Origin: Octopus vulgaris
Taxonomy: Eukaryota
Assembly (NCBI GenBank): GCA_951406725.2
Contig: OX597836.1
Coordinates: 14,322,001 to 14,386,000, forward strand
Length of the DNA: 64,000 nucleotides
Reading direction: 5' to 3'
A program made the translations under genes and the position numbers. Numbering within the stretch: position 1 is the stretch's first letter; every line of letters begins with the position of its first letter. The notes below the pieces were generated by a model, which did not search any database, was not told the origin of the DNA, and was given only the letters and a program-made list of their open reading frames with translations. Of the stretch, positions 13,736 through 28,938 are shown in pieces.

Positions 13736-14341
13736 TTATATATATAAAGAGAAAAACAACTAGTTTTAAATCTCTGAGCAAGAAATAAGAAATATGTAGT
13801 AACAGTACTGTACAGTAAAGTCTATTTTCCAACATAAAGTGGCAGTCCTACGTAGGACAATGTTACTGCCTTTTAGCCCCAGGAAAACCTCTTTTCCGAT
13901 ACATGATCTGAGGTCGTTTCTAGCTGTAGCGATACTTGTAGACCAATGGTTTCTGGGTAATTCCCTCATTAAACACACACAGTTGTCCATTGTGGAACAC
14001 GACTATCATTACTTCTACATAGACCTGATGATTGCGTAACGTATGAAAGTACTAGCTTTATCACAATAAATATATGTACACGTTGACTATTCTCTATTCA
14101 TCACGTTGACTTTTCACACAAGCACACACACACATGCAGGCACACACATACACAGATACACGCACATATATTTATGTAATGTGTGTGTGTTTATATGAGG
14201 GAGGGAAAGAGAGAGAGAGAGCAAGAACGAGAGAGAGAGAGAGAGCAAGAGAAAGAGAGGGCGAGATGGATATATATATGAGTTCCAGCAATGAGCTATG
14301 TCCTTTCAACACGCGCATAATAATAATAATAACAAGAATAA

Positions 14342-14389
<48 letters not shown>

Positions 14390-14549
14390 CAGTAGTAGTA
14401 GTAGTAACAACAACAACAACAATAATGATAATAGTAATAATAATAATAATGATGATGATGATAATAATAATAATAAGAAGAACACGATCAACAATGGCAC
14501 ATCGATACTAAAAGTTCTTTCTCCTCTCCCAACCACAGTGACACACAAA

Positions 14550-14604
<55 letters not shown>

Positions 14605-14800
14605 ATGGCCACCATTATTCAACACTCACCACTCATCTCTCTGCATTATCTCCCTTCGCCGTTTCCATTCAGTCAAATATTTATACACTTAATGTTAGGC
14701 ACATTTACCTTTTTAAAGGCATACAATTGATGTCACACCATATGTAATCACACCTCAAGCCGGTGACAACAACAACAACAACAACAACAACAACACAACA

Positions 14801-14832
<32 letters not shown>

Positions 14833-15160
14833 GCAGTCTTCTAGTCTTCTTCTGGTACTCCGTCGGTTACGACGACGAGGGTTCCAGTCGATCCGATCCG
14901 GTCCTATCAACGGAACAGCCTGCTCGGAAAATTAAACGTACAAGTGGTGGTGACGGTGGTGATGGCGGTGGTAGTAGTAGTGGTAGTAGTAGTATAGTAG
15001 TAGTCGTCGTTGTAGTTGTAGTATTTGTGGTGGTGGCGGTGGTGGCGGCGGCGGTGGTGATGGTAGTAATAGTAGTAGTAGTAGTAATTGTGGTGGTGGC
15101 AGCAGTGGTGATGGTATGGTGGTGGTAGTAGTAGTTGTCGTGTCGTGGTCATCGTCTTAA

Positions 15161-15194
<34 letters not shown>

Positions 15195-15578
15195 TGCGAG
15201 AAGTTAAGTAGCATGGCGTGCCTGCATGTGGTCGGTCGATCGAACTGCTAGAAATATCAACTAAATTTCCGTCCTTCCTGGTCCCCCTCTTCATCACCCC
15301 CCCCCCCCCACCAACATGTCCGAACGAGAAGGATACATTGGGAAATTGAGTCAAATAGATACGTTATGACTAGAATACTCCCCAGAACCCCAAGTCCACA
15401 CCAACCCCAACCGAATTCGGCAGGATGGGCACGGACTGGAATGCTTTTCATCAGCTGTCTGTTTGGTCAGCGTCAATGGGAAGCTCGAGATCATCATCAT
15501 CATCGGTAGCAGTAGCAGCAACATCAACAGCAGCAATAAGAACAACAACTACTACTGCTGCTGTTACTACCTCTACCT

Positions 15579-15624
<46 letters not shown>

Positions 15625-15699
15625 CACCACCACCACCATCATTACCACCACCACCACCACCACCATCATTACCACCACCACCACCACCACCACCATCAT

Positions 15700-15780
<81 letters not shown>

Positions 15781-16332
15781 AAACCACTGACAACAACAAC
15801 AACAACAGATGTAGCAACAGTTGCAGCAACAGCAGCATAAATGAGGGTGGCAGCGATGGTAGTAGTGGTGGCTGGGGTGGTGGTGTTGGTGGCTCGGGTG
15901 GTGGTCGTTCGGGTGGTGATGATTCGGGTGGTGGTGGACGTAACAGCGGTGTCGTTAGCAGCGTGTACAACAACAACAACAACAACAACAACAACTATAA
16001 CATATTAATGGAAGCAAACAGATTGGAGGCGGTGGTGGTGATGGTGTCGGTGTTGGTGGTGGTGGTGGTGGTGGTGGCGTACAGAGGCGCGAGAACTGGG
16101 CGGAGAAACTAGAAATATCCGTTATTCACACGATAAAATGCATTGCAAAATATTGCCAGCATTTCGAAGTATTTTTCTTGTTTTTTCTTTCTTTGGTTCT
16201 TGTTTTTATTTGTTCCCCCACCCCACCCCTCTGCTCCTTCCTCCAACTCGTTCATGTTGTTTATATTTCATTTTATTTTATTTTTATTTACTTTCTATTT
16301 TTCTAGTTTTTATTTTCTGTTCTTTTTTTATC

Positions 16333-16381
<49 letters not shown>

Positions 16382-16634
16382 TATTATTATTATTATTATT
16401 ATTAATCATCATCATCATCATCATCATCATCATTATCATCATCCTCGTCGTCATCATCATCACCATAACCACCACCACCGTCTCACCACCATCATCACCT
16501 CACCATCACCACCACCACCACCACCACCACCACTACCAACACCACCAACACCACCACCACAATCATCATCATCACCACCACCACCACCACCACCACCACC
16601 ACCACCACCACCACCACCACCACCACCACCACCA

Positions 16635-16699
<65 letters not shown>

Positions 16700-16949
16700 G
16701 TATTATTATTATTATCATCATCATCATTAGTATTTCTATTTTTGTTTTTTCTTAATGTTTGTGTGTTTGTGTGTGTGTTTCACCGTATTCGACATAACAG
16801 CAGATATGTAAGTTAGTGTTAACATATTCAAAGGAGTAATAGAGTCTGAAATAACTAACTAGAAATAAACATTCTTTGAGGAAGTAGAGAGTACGGACAT
16901 TTTGTATAGGACTGGGTGTGCGGGAGTGAGTGTGTCTATGTATGTGTGT

Positions 16950-16998
<49 letters not shown>

Positions 16999-17354
16999 GG
17001 TTTATTATGTGGTTTGCTGCCTGATCCATTAAAGGAGCTATTTTATGAGTACCACCAAATTAGTTACATCCATATATTGTGTGTTATACACACACACACA
17101 CAGACAAACACACACACATACACACACATATATGTATGTATGTATGTTTGTATGTATGTTTGTATGTATGTATGTATGTATGTATGTATGTATGTATGTA
17201 TGTTTGTATGTATGTATGTATGTATATATGTATGTGTGTATCTAATATAATAAATGCTAAAACAAATTTCTGTATGTCAGTGTGTCACTCTTAGACCCCA
17301 CTCTCTCACTATTCAATGACGCTTCTACTATTCCTCATGATCGGATGAGGGTAA

Positions 17355-17500
17355 TATAAGGTTGTCCCAAAAGTTCGTAGAAAGTTTTGGAAAATAATGG
17401 TCTTTATTTTGAGGAATAATTTTTTTTTGTTTTTGTTAGTACTTGGCGAGTAAAAATTGAATTTTCGCAAGTGTTTACGAACTTTTGGGACAACCTAATA
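17355..17500. mobile_element. Mariner-derived MITE
   Basis: TIRs aggttgtcccaaaagttcgta / tacgaacttttgggacaacct with TA flanks; the TIR resembles the end of the mariner at 44440-44467. Confidence 0.8.
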
Positions 17501-17530
17501 GTAGGCATAGAGACTGTGAGGACGGTGGCG

Positions 17531-17572
<42 letters not shown>

Positions 17573-17661
17573 AAGAAAGAATGAAAGAAAGAAAGAAAAA
17601 GAGAGGAAGAGGAAGAGAGAGAGAAAGAAAGAAAAAGAGAGGAAGAGAAAGAGAGACAAAG

Positions 17662-17956
17662 AAATTAATACGAAGTACGAGGACATGGAATAAGAGCTTT
17701 TTTTCATGCAACAAAAGAAACAAATGGAAAACAAGACAAGCAACACAAAGAAACGACCTCTCATCAGTTGTCGACTGTTTTTCTTGTCCGTATTTTGAGC
17801 AATTCACGATGTCGTGAAATACAGACTAGAAAAACAGCCGACAACTGAAGAAGGGTCGTTCTTTCTGTTGCTTGTCTTGTTTTTTCCATTTGCTTCTTTC
17901 GTTGCTTGAAAAAAAAAGAAGCCCTTATTCCATGTCCTTGTACTTCGTATTAATTT
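17662..17956. mobile_element. Foldback element with ~140-bp imperfect inverted arms
   Basis: aaattaatacgaagtacgaggacatggaataag...tcatcagttgtcgactgtttttcttgtccgtattt mirrors aaatacagactagaaaaacagccgacaactgaagaag...cttattccatgtccttgtacttcgtattaattt. Confidence 0.8.
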
Positions 17957-18026
17957 TTGTTTATATTTTATGTGCCCACATATGCATATCTATATACGTA
18001 AACATGTAAGTATGTACGTATACGTA

Positions 18027-19682
18027 TCTCTTATTATAAAAGGCAGATTTTATCTGCCTCCCTTTGTAACTTATAGAAATCTACAATATAGGATTTCTTC
18101 AATTACAATTTACCTAGCATTTTTAAGAGTAGAATGCATCGGGTCATGCCAGGTCCAGTTTTTAAAATTTAAACTCCAATTACGCAAAATTTACAGAAAA
18201 CTCACATTCTGGTGTGTATGTCAAATGCTTTTCTTAATGTGGTTTACACCACACGCACACACACACACAGTGTGCAACGAATAAAATGAAAGTAAATAGC
18301 GACAGAGTGATTTGAGGAAGACTAAACTGAAAGTATTTAAACCACTACTCAAAAAATAAAAAAAACACAGCAAACAGAAACAAATAAATACATAACGATT
18401 TACTCCTCACACAATTTCTTCAATTAGAGTTTACCTAAGATTTTTCAAAGTACTCCATTCGGTCATGCCATAATATATTTCTTTCAATTTCACCCCCAAT
18501 TAAGACAAAATTCGAGAAAACTCAATATTTTAACATTTCACTCCGAAAGCATTGATGTACATGTGTGCGTGCGTGAGTGTGTGTGTGTGTGTGTGTTGAT
18601 GGGTTGTGCGACACAGAAAGTGTGGTGTGTAAGTGAAGTGCTTTTGTTAGTGTGTGTAAAGAGACAGACAGAGTGAAAGACAGAAATAACTGAACTTTTT
18701 TATTCACTTTTTGTAGTGAGTGACTGAGAGAGAAAAGAGAGAGAGAGGTTATGTATGTATATATATATGTATGTATGGCTTCAGTGACACACACACAAAA
18801 ACACATACCTACGTACACCTAAAGCACGCACACACACACAAGCGGAGCGCGAACTTCAAAATTTTGGTAGTATTAATTTGCGAGCGTACTTCTAAGCGCG
18901 CGTAATTGAAAGTTTTCACTATGATATCATCACGTGCGAAAAAATTCGAAGGGTTTTGAACAATTGAGATACAGATGTCACGCCTGTATTGAAACCATTG
19001 CTAAGCTGCCGTAATTGCTTAATTAAGACTTTGTTTAAATTGAAAGGGGCAAGTATGTGACGAGGTTTGAAAAAAAATACCCCAGAAAAAAAAATGTACT
19101 GCTGGTATTTATATAATTCACTACTATTTTGCTACAATGTCATGAAAAAGAAAAAATTTTGGTATGTAAATCGAATTCGCCACCCCCTTTTCCCCGTTCG
19201 CGTTTGTGTAAAAAAAATTATTATTTAAGTTTTAAAAATTATTTACTTTGTTCAAAAAATATTAATATTAATTAATTTTCAAGAATTATTTAATTTTATT
19301 CTGTAAAATAGTAATTAATTCATTTATCTGTAAATCCGCGAGGTTGTTACTCAGGCACCTAGAATGGTAACCTTCAACTAACACTATCTCCTCCGAGACC
19401 CTGTGGCGCAAGTTGACCAAAATTGAGAGTATGGTAGAAGAAGGGTTGCTCTTCCTTCCGTAGAACATAAAATTCAAATCGGACCATGTTAACACCAAAA
19501 ATTATTTACATCAAAAAGATGCTTTTTTCTATGAAAATCCCTATTTTTTACGATTTTTTCACTGCTGTGTCGCCACTTTTCGGTGTATTTCGACCAGAAA
19601 AATGTTCACAAAATTTTTACTTTTCAAAATTACAATTCCAGCGAGTCGAAACAAACCCGAGCAACGCCGGGCGTTACTGCTA

Positions 19683-19683
<1 letters not shown>
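18027..19683 (+). mobile_element. Non-autonomous Helitron-like element (~1.66 kb)
   Basis: Starts a|TCtcttattataaaagg and ends with hairpin cccgagcaacgccggg followed by CTAG|t. The last ~310 bp are shared with 44546-44923. Confidence 0.7.
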
Positions 19684-19735
<52 letters not shown>

Positions 19736-19811
19736 ATCAATTGATATTAATTGATACTAATTGATATATCAATTGATATTAATTGATATATCGGTTCCAT
19801 TCTAGCAAAAA

Positions 19812-19849
19812 CTGTCTGATGAACGGCAACGAGAAACTCAGAGTAACAG
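19812..19849 (+). ncRNA. Minimal type I hammerhead ribozyme motif
   Basis: ctgt CTGATGA acggcaacga GAAAC tcaga GTA acag. Same family, degenerate, at 118-161 and 53545-53589. Confidence 0.7.
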
Positions 19850-20058
19850 ATTTTGTTGAATTTTCTGCTGCTTTAAATAAAGTATATATATATATATAAA
19901 TCTTTACTTAAATATATTCAATGAGAATATTACATACTGAATTTATATTGAGTGCTCTATTGTATCCAAGTATTAATACTATTAAAGTATTTGTATATTT
20001 AATACGAGCGATTATATGTATTTTATGATATATTATTAATATCAAGAAATAAAAATTA

Positions 20059-20301
20059 GAAAATTCTTCAGACAGATATATACGTGTGTAAAATAATTGT
20101 TGTATTAAAAATATAAATATGTATAGAAATATGTGTAAATATGTATAATGTGACACGATAGTAAGATGCGTTAAATACTTAATTCAAAACTTTTAAACTG
20201 TTATATACAGTATACATTTATACTTAAACATATTTATACATATTCATATTTTTAATACAACAATTATTTTACACACGTATACATCTTTCTGAAGAATTTT
20301 C
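20059..20301. repeat. AT-rich foldback with ~67-bp arms
   Basis: gaaaattcttcagacagatatatacgtgtgtaaaataattgttgtattaaaaatat mirrored by atatttttaatacaacaattattttacacacgtatacatctttctgaagaattttc. Confidence 0.75.
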
Positions 20302-20388
20302 CAATATTGATTTCCATATATTTATAATATATATACGTTTATATATTTGTTTTGCAAGATTTTTGATGTGAAATCGTGTATTGAAACA

Positions 20389-20747
20389 TATATTGTTGTA
20401 TTTAGGGATGGTCATTTTGCCACTTTAGCCAATAAAAACACACGCACTATATATTTGGTGTTATTTTGCTTCAGCGTTATTTATTTTTTTACATTAATCT
20501 TAATCTTATTTCGGCCAGTGTTCTTTCGTCACACTTCTGTGACCTCATCAGTGGTCCTTTGGTTTCTTATTTCTTGTTTGTGTGTCTCTCCTTACTAACG
20601 GTCACAGAAGTACTCTGTCCGAAATAAGATTAAGATTAATGTAAAAAAAGTAAATAACGCTGAAACGCAAAGTAACACCAAATATAGCGCGTGTGTTTTT
20701 ATTAGGCTAAACTAACAAAAATGACCATTCCTAAATACAACAATATA
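20389..20747. mobile_element. Foldback element with ~150-bp arms and a hammerhead motif in the left arm (minus strand, 20513-20555)
   Basis: Arms tatattgttgtatttagggatggtcatttt... / ...aaaatgaccattcctaaatacaacaatata. Minus strand reads cca CTGATGA g gtcac-agaagt-gtgac GAAAG ... tgg. Confidence 0.75.
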
Positions 20748-20755
20748 ACATATTA

Positions 20756-20844
<89 letters not shown>

Positions 20845-20958
20845 ATTAGAGACAAAACCACTATTATGCAAATCAAACAATGAAAGACTTAAGCCAATAC
20901 ATATGATTAATTTATATTATTTAAATATGTAACAATCATTAAAAAATATAATTAATAT

Positions 20959-21021
20959 CCACTACGATCGTTTCCTGCCTGCTGTCTTTAAATTTTTGAG
21001 TCGCAGTCATTCATCAGGTGG
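20959..21021 (-). ncRNA. Minimal type I hammerhead ribozyme motif
   Basis: Minus strand: ccac CTGATGA atgactgc...gcaggcag GAAAC gatc GTA gtgg. Stem I is ccac/gtgg; stem III region is the palindrome acgatcgt. Confidence 0.7.
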
Positions 21022-21066
21022 TTTCAAAATTTTTCTTGGCGAGTTTTATGTATGTATGTATGTATG

Positions 21067-21178
<112 letters not shown>

Positions 21179-21362
21179 GTGTGTGTTACTCTTGCGTATT
21201 CATTTAGATATACTCATTCAGACAACCTATACATAGATTTCATTAGTATATTTATACATTATACATTTACATACAAACGCTTAATGAGTGACTAACACAC
21301 GCAGACATTTACCAAGTACATAGATGCATGCCCATAAGATATTGTAGATACTCACACACACA

Positions 21363-21420
<58 letters not shown>

Positions 21421-22040
21421 GATACAATGACGTATGCATATACATATATGTGCATGTGTGTGAATGTGCGTGTGTGTTTCTGTTTGTTACTGTGTATGTA
21501 TGTATGGTTATGCATGTACATACCTGTATGAATGTTTGCATGCACATGTCCATACCTACATAACGCATACTCATTAACACATGGTTGCATAGATACTTAC
21601 ACACACACACACACACACTCAGGCACACATACACACTGAAGTAAATACACATACGCACAAGACATACATACACACATACATACACGCATACACATACATA
21701 CACACGCACATACATACATACATACAAATAACATACATACACGCATACATACATACACAAGACATACATACACACATGCACACAAGCACACAATACATAC
21801 ATACATACACAGCCAAGGACATACACACATAGACACTCAGTCACACACACATACACACACACATACACACTCAAAGATATACACACATACACACTCAAAA
21901 GATATACATATATACACACTCAGGCACTCACACATACTCATGCACATACATGCATATATACACTCAAGGATGTACACACACACACATATACACTCAAGCA
22001 CATACATATACATACACACTCAAGGTTGTATACACACACA

Positions 22041-22096
<56 letters not shown>

Positions 22097-22450
22097 AATA
22101 TACATATATATACACATGCATATACACATGTTTACCTACTCAAACCCACATTAAAATATTTTAGATGAGCACAAACGGATATATGGTTACATACAAATAT
22201 AAGAAAATACAGGGAACCCTCCCTCCCCACACCTCACTCACTCACAGGCTATGTACTAACATTCCCACCCAGGGACATCAATGTCACATGGGTCCACTGG
22301 ACAAATGGAACCGGTCATAGTATTGTTTTTTTTTTTTTTTTTTACTTTTGACAGGTGACCGTTACATGTTTACATTATATATATTTCGGACAGTGAGGCG
22401 ACATAGCTTGACCGGATGTTGGCGTCAGCAGGAGACGATGGGAAAAGATG

Positions 22451-22488
<38 letters not shown>

Positions 22489-22837
22489 TAGAGAGAAGTG
22501 GAAAGAGAGAGAGAAAGGTGGGGGGAGAGGGTCGTGGTACCATCCACAACACTTCGTTTATTTATTTATATATTTTCGTGCTAATAGGTGAGTTTGCAAC
22601 GTTGCTGCTGTTATTGTTATTGTTGTTCTTTAACCCCAGGTCAACCTTGATCGAGTAGGCCTGTGTATTTTTTGTCTCTTGTTTCACTTTTCTCATGGTT
22701 CTTTATGTTGTGAGTTCAAATCCGGCCGAGGTCAACATTGCCTTTTCTTGCCATCCATACCCTCAGGATCGAAAATAGGGAAGTACCAGTCAAGTACTGG
22801 AGTTGACGGCTTCGATTAACGTCCCTAAGTTAGTTAC

Positions 22838-23085
22838 TAGGACAGTAAACACGCCAACATCGGTTGTCAAGCGATGGTACGAGGACAAACACAAACACAA
22901 AGACACATACATATATTCAGGTACGACGGCTTCTTTCGGTTTCCGTCTACCAAATCAGCTCACAAGGCATTGGTCGGCCCGAGGATATAAAAGAAGACAC
23001 TTGCCCAAGGTGCCACGCAGTAGTACTGAACCCTGAACCATGTGGTTGGGAAGCAAGCTTCTTACCACACAGCCATGTCTGCGCC
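22838..23085 (-). mobile_element. SINE family A, partial
   Basis: Matches 8564-8956. Confidence 0.85.
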
Positions 23086-23116
23086 TATATCTATCTTATC
23101 TATCTATCTATCTATC

Positions 23117-23172
<56 letters not shown>

Positions 23173-23264
23173 AAGTTAATCCAAACAGAAAGCACAAAAA
23201 AACACAACGCGAGGTCGTGGAACAAATATAGTATTATTGGACGCTCAGGAAAGAAGGAAAGAAG

Positions 23265-23312
<48 letters not shown>

Positions 23313-23560
23313 CTAATGTAGGATAAAATTTCTTTCGAGAAAAATTTTTTATCAATGGCCATTATATCAAAAAATACCTTTAAGGTTAAATTTATAAATA
23401 ATTTACAAAATAAATGCTCGTGATTTTGCCATGTCGATGCCTTTTTATGTTACAATAAGAACAATTTTACGTTAAATTGAATGTTTTGGTAGTGAACAAA
23501 TTTATTATTTCCTTAACTGACAGTGGCTTCTGCTTAAATAAATTCTGCATTAATAAATTC

Positions 23561-23988
23561 TAGGAGTGGCTGTGTGGTAAGTAACTTGCTTACGAACCAC
23601 ATGGTTCCGGGTTCAGTCCCACTGCGTGGCATCTTGGGTAGGTGTCTTCTACTATAGCCTCGGGCCGACCAAAGCCTTGTAAGTAGATTTGGCCTTGTGA
23701 GTGGATTTGGTAGACGGAAACTGAAAGAAGCCCGTTGTATATATATATATATGTATGTGCGTGTATGTGTTTGTGTGTCTGTGTTTGTTCCCCTAGCATC
23801 GCTTGACAACCGATGTTGGTGTGTTTACGTCCCCGTAACTTAGCGGTTCGGCAAAAGAGATCGATAGAATAAGTACTAGGCTTACAAAAAATAAGTCCTG
23901 GGATCGATTTGCTCGACTAAAGGCAGTGCTCCAGCATGGCCACAGTCAAATGACTGAAGCAAGTAAAAGAGTATGTATGTAAAAGAGT
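23561..23988 (+). mobile_element. SINE family A, near full length
   Basis: aggagtggctgtgtggtaag...gactgaagcaagtaaaagagt. Confidence 0.9.
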
Positions 23989-24245
23989 ATATTTAACGTA
24001 AGGCTTAAAGTATGAACGTGTATGGCACCATATATTGTTGATGACGAACACGGTGCATGTTTAAGGCTGAAATGAGAAGATCAAAAACCCGCAAAAATAA
24101 ATAAATAAAGTATTTTGCGGCCGAACTCATTACCGTAAGCAGCGGGAGCACTATTTTTAAAACAAGTGCTTCGTCGATCTGCCATGCTGAGTTCAAACAG
24201 GATAAGAGGTGGAATTACTATAGATTTTTTAGCCCCACACTTTGA

Positions 24246-24279
<34 letters not shown>

Positions 24280-24916
24280 TGCGAGTGTGTGTGTGGTGTG
24301 TGTGTATGTGTGTGTGTGTATGTGTGTGTGTGGTGCGTGTGTATGTGTGTGTATGCATGTGTGTGTATGTTTATATGTGTGTGTGGTGTGTGTGTGTGTG
24401 TGTGTGTGCGTGTGTGTGTGTGTGTGCGTGTGTGTGTGTGTGTGTGTGCGCATGTGTGTGTGTGGTGAAAGCATGGACCGAGCTAGATTAGCTAACACAT
24501 TGGTAAACTAAACTAAGGCTTTGGGACCGGAGCCCCCTGTTTACAATAAGGGTCAAACTTGGGCAACCTTTTTAGCACTGTTTCCTGTCTATTTCGGTGT
24601 AATATTACCTGGGTAGACGGAAAACTGTAGACAAATGACCTACAGCATCACTATCCGTCCATCCTCGCCCACCCCTCTGCCTTAGCTCCCGCTCGCCACA
24701 CAACCACACGCACCACACAGATCATCTCCCTCATTAAATATCGTCGTCGTCGTCATCATCTCCATCATCATCTCTTCATCACCATCATCTTCCCCACCAC
24801 CGCCACCATCACCATCACGACCACAACCTGTTTCATTCGATTAAGACCTAACAGGGCGAAACTTCGAAGTCACTATCATATATATACATATATTCATACT
24901 TATATATATATATATT

Positions 24917-24997
<81 letters not shown>

Positions 24998-25013
24998 ATA
25001 TATATATTACATG

Positions 25014-25047
<34 letters not shown>

Positions 25048-25103
25048 AAGAACAAAGGGTACGTACGTCGCTATATATATATATATGTATATATATATGT
25101 ATA

Positions 25104-25156
<53 letters not shown>

Positions 25157-25290
25157 ATATATATATATATATTGGCGTCATTCGAAGGCTAAAACAATGC
25201 GAACGCATTGTGACCAGCGATGTGTAACTTCATCTGATGGACTGGTCGGTCACGTGATCACGTGATATATATATATATATTTATATATAT

Positions 25291-25510
25291 AAATACAAAA
25301 TGGGACAAGAACGCAAGACATTCAGAAGACGATACAAAAAACACGGACGGGTCATTCAAAGCTTTTATCTTCAGTCAAGAACCGGATCATCCTCGCAATT
25401 CGGCTAATTAATCTTGAGATAGCTCCAATCTGGCCAGCCCAAAGGAAAAACTAAGCTAAGAGCATTAGATACCCTGTAAAAAAGCTTAGAATGTATACGA
25501 AACAAGGACA
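25291..25510. repeat. Dispersed repeat; also partial at 25862-26005 and inverted at about 55770-56020
   Basis: Shared aaatacaaaatgggacaag.acgcaa...ggacgggtcattc...ctggccagccc.aaggaaaaactaagct.agagcattagat. Confidence 0.75.
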
Positions 25511-25520
25511 CACATACATA

Positions 25521-25561
<41 letters not shown>

Positions 25562-25793
25562 AATATATACATATATATATATTTACAAAATGCTTAGCGG
25601 CATTTTGTCCGTCTGCATCATCTGAGTTTAAATTCCACCGAGGTCGACTTAGCCTTTCATCTTTTCGGAATCGATGAATTAAGTACCAGTGAAATACTGG
25701 GGTCGATACAATCTACTAGTCCCCTGCCCCACCAAATTTCAAGCTTTATACCTTTAGCAGAAAGGATTATAGCATAAAAACAAACATTAATAT

Positions 25794-25851
<58 letters not shown>

Positions 25852-26004
25852 CATATATATGTGGGACAAGAACGCAAAACGTCCGGACGGTTAGGTGATA
25901 CAAAAAATGCGACAACAAAACATCCAGATTGACGATTCAACGAAAACAAGGACGGGTCATTCGAAGTTTTCTTTCCTCAGTCAAGCATCAGATTATCTTC
26001 GCAA

Positions 26005-26704
26005 AGATGCTTGTTTCTCATTGACCGTGAGGAATTAATGTCATCAGACAGTATCGAACGATCATCGGATGCTTTGATGCTGAACCGTGACACCCACCTC
26101 CGTAGGTGAATCAGCAGCAGTGGCCAAATCACTGCTCATCATCACCTGGCTTCCAGCTCAACTCCTTTCTCTTGCTTCATAACGAGCAAGAGGCTCTTTC
26201 CGCCATCTCTGTCACCTTGCGCTCAGATGACTTTCGCTTTTTTTCTTCATATTCTAATGCTTGTAAGCATCTTCTATACTAACTGGGCAGGGGATTCCCT
26301 ACAATCAACCTTGACTAAGAATAGCTATAACTGCATCTTTCCTCCCTGCGATTTTACTGAAGTCTCTTGTGTTTGCCACGCTTCCGTTCAAAGGGTTGAT
26401 CGCACCCTTCTTCCTACGGGAATGCAAGCTCGATCAAGATTATTTTCTTCGACTTTTGAGGCCACAAAGCTACTTCTGTTCTCGGGGTTGTCTGGACAGC
26501 TTGGGGAACCTCAGTCTTTTCCCTACGTCTGCTTTCATATCCCATGATTGAGCCGCATGTCGTAGACTATTTGTGTGAGTGAAGTGGGAGGTATAGCTCT
26601 GCAGGAGTGGAGATATGCAGAGCTATTGACGAAGAACTATTTACAGAAAGGAAGCAGCAGATCTCCACTGATCTGTAAACACTATGATGGCATACGTCAC
26701 ACAC

Positions 26705-26776
<72 letters not shown>

Positions 26777-27540
26777 GCACACATGCATTCATACATGTAT
26801 ACATGCGTGCATACATAATGTCTAAATAGGTGTACGTATTAACACGCATAAACATTCAGAGACACATACAAAAATACTTCTGGCCTCGGGGTTGTCTGGA
26901 CAGCTTGGGGAAGCATCAATCTTTTCCCTACGTCTGCTCTTATATCCCATTATTGGGCCGCATGTCGTAGACTATTTGATCTATTTGCTGTCCTCAACTG
27001 GCTTTTCTTCTTCCTCCATGAATTCGATTGATGATGTCGCTTTCCTGTGCTGTTGATGTTTCTTGAGCTTTTCCTGTCCCAGAATGAGAGCGAGTGTTGC
27101 AAGCACCTTCTCATAAAGATACTTGTATCCCTCTTGGGTAAATCCTGTTTTGCACCCTTCATAAAATAATGTGCCAGAGTGCCATTTCTTCTCAAAATCT
27201 ACAGCGCTGGTTCACTTCCATACCTCATGTATGCAGATTTATCGGCGTTACGAGTATATCATACACCAACCGTAGCAGGAAGGAGATGCGGAAAGGTTCC
27301 AGTCTTCATAGACGTGTGCTTGAGACCTTCCTTTTAGAGAGGTCCCATTTGATCCAGGGTCCCTGAGGTACCAGTTCAACAGCTCTTGATCTCTCTTTCT
27401 TTGTTGTACTTCTACATGGATCATAGCTCTTCTCTCCTTTATATTTGTCTTCTTCCAGTGATCAAAATGTGAAAAACTCGAGACCCTGCTGTAGGCTTTC
27501 AGCTTGCGCGAGACTGTGGTGCTGGCTACTCGTGTACGCC
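26005..27540 (-). mobile_element. Decayed 3' part of a HERO-clade non-LTR retrotransposon (zinc knuckle plus RLE endonuclease)
   Basis: Frameshifted translation QGPWIKW...RLEPFRISFLLRLVYDILVTPINLH...GTLAHY...KVLATLA, then LWPQKSKKIILIELAFP*EEGCDQPFERK...VKVDCRESPAQ...EMAERASCSL. Interrupted at about 26575-26885. Confidence 0.75.
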
Positions 27541-27635
27541 CATACATTCATACATACATACATACATACATACATACATACATACATAGCTATAGAGATA
27601 GGTGTATTGGTATGTAAGTAGAGAAGATAGGTAGG

Positions 27636-27718
<83 letters not shown>

Positions 27719-27895
27719 ATATATATGCGTATGTGTATATATATATATATAAAGATAGATAGATAGATAGATAGATAGAAAGATAGATACACAGTCAGAC
27801 AGACATAGATAGATAGTAAAGAATTATATTCAATTTGAGTGTCTGTTACTATAAATTATATAAATATAAAAAAGCTAAGATATACACAATATATA

Positions 27896-28026
<131 letters not shown>

Positions 28027-28276
28027 AATAAGTATACATATATATATATTTACACATACACACACACACAGCATGTACAACTATATATACAACTGGCCAC
28101 CGCTAAGTGACAGGCTATATAACGACAGAGTATGGAAGACAAACAATTACATGCTGAAGATTGTGGCATTTACTGTGAGGCATTCCAAGTATGGTTTACC
28201 GAAAACATTGCTGAGCCTGTCAGTCTTTCAGAGAATTTCACACGCACTTCCGCACAAACACATGCACACACACACA

Positions 28277-28343
<67 letters not shown>

Positions 28344-28439
28344 ACACAGACACTCACACACATACGCAGAAACTGCATGCATGCATATGTTAATATATCT
28401 ATATACACACGTGTAATATATCAGTAAATGTACGTATGA

Positions 28440-28493
<54 letters not shown>

Positions 28494-28754
28494 ATGTGTG
28501 TGTGTGTATGTAGGAATGTATGTATATGTGTATTTACACATGTATATGTCTGCATATAAATATATATATATATATATATGTCTTATTCAACACGTGTACG
28601 GCCATACTGTAGCTCTTACTTCAGCGTCGGATGTTACTAAATGTCTTTTGTGTCATTACTGTCAATGTCCAGGGGTCCCTGTCTCTTATGCACGTCCAAA
28701 CGTACATGCATACATACACACATACATACATACATACATACATACATACATACA

Positions 28755-28790
<36 letters not shown>

Positions 28791-28793
28791 TAC

Positions 28794-28850
<57 letters not shown>

Positions 28851-28900
28851 CATACAAATATTTATATATATATATATATACATACATACATACATACAAA

Positions 28901-28938
<38 letters not shown>

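Noticed and set aside
22325-22450. Strong poly-T plus cag splice-acceptor-like site on the plus strand
   Set aside because: No coding potential or partner exons were found; cannot be supported without transcripts.
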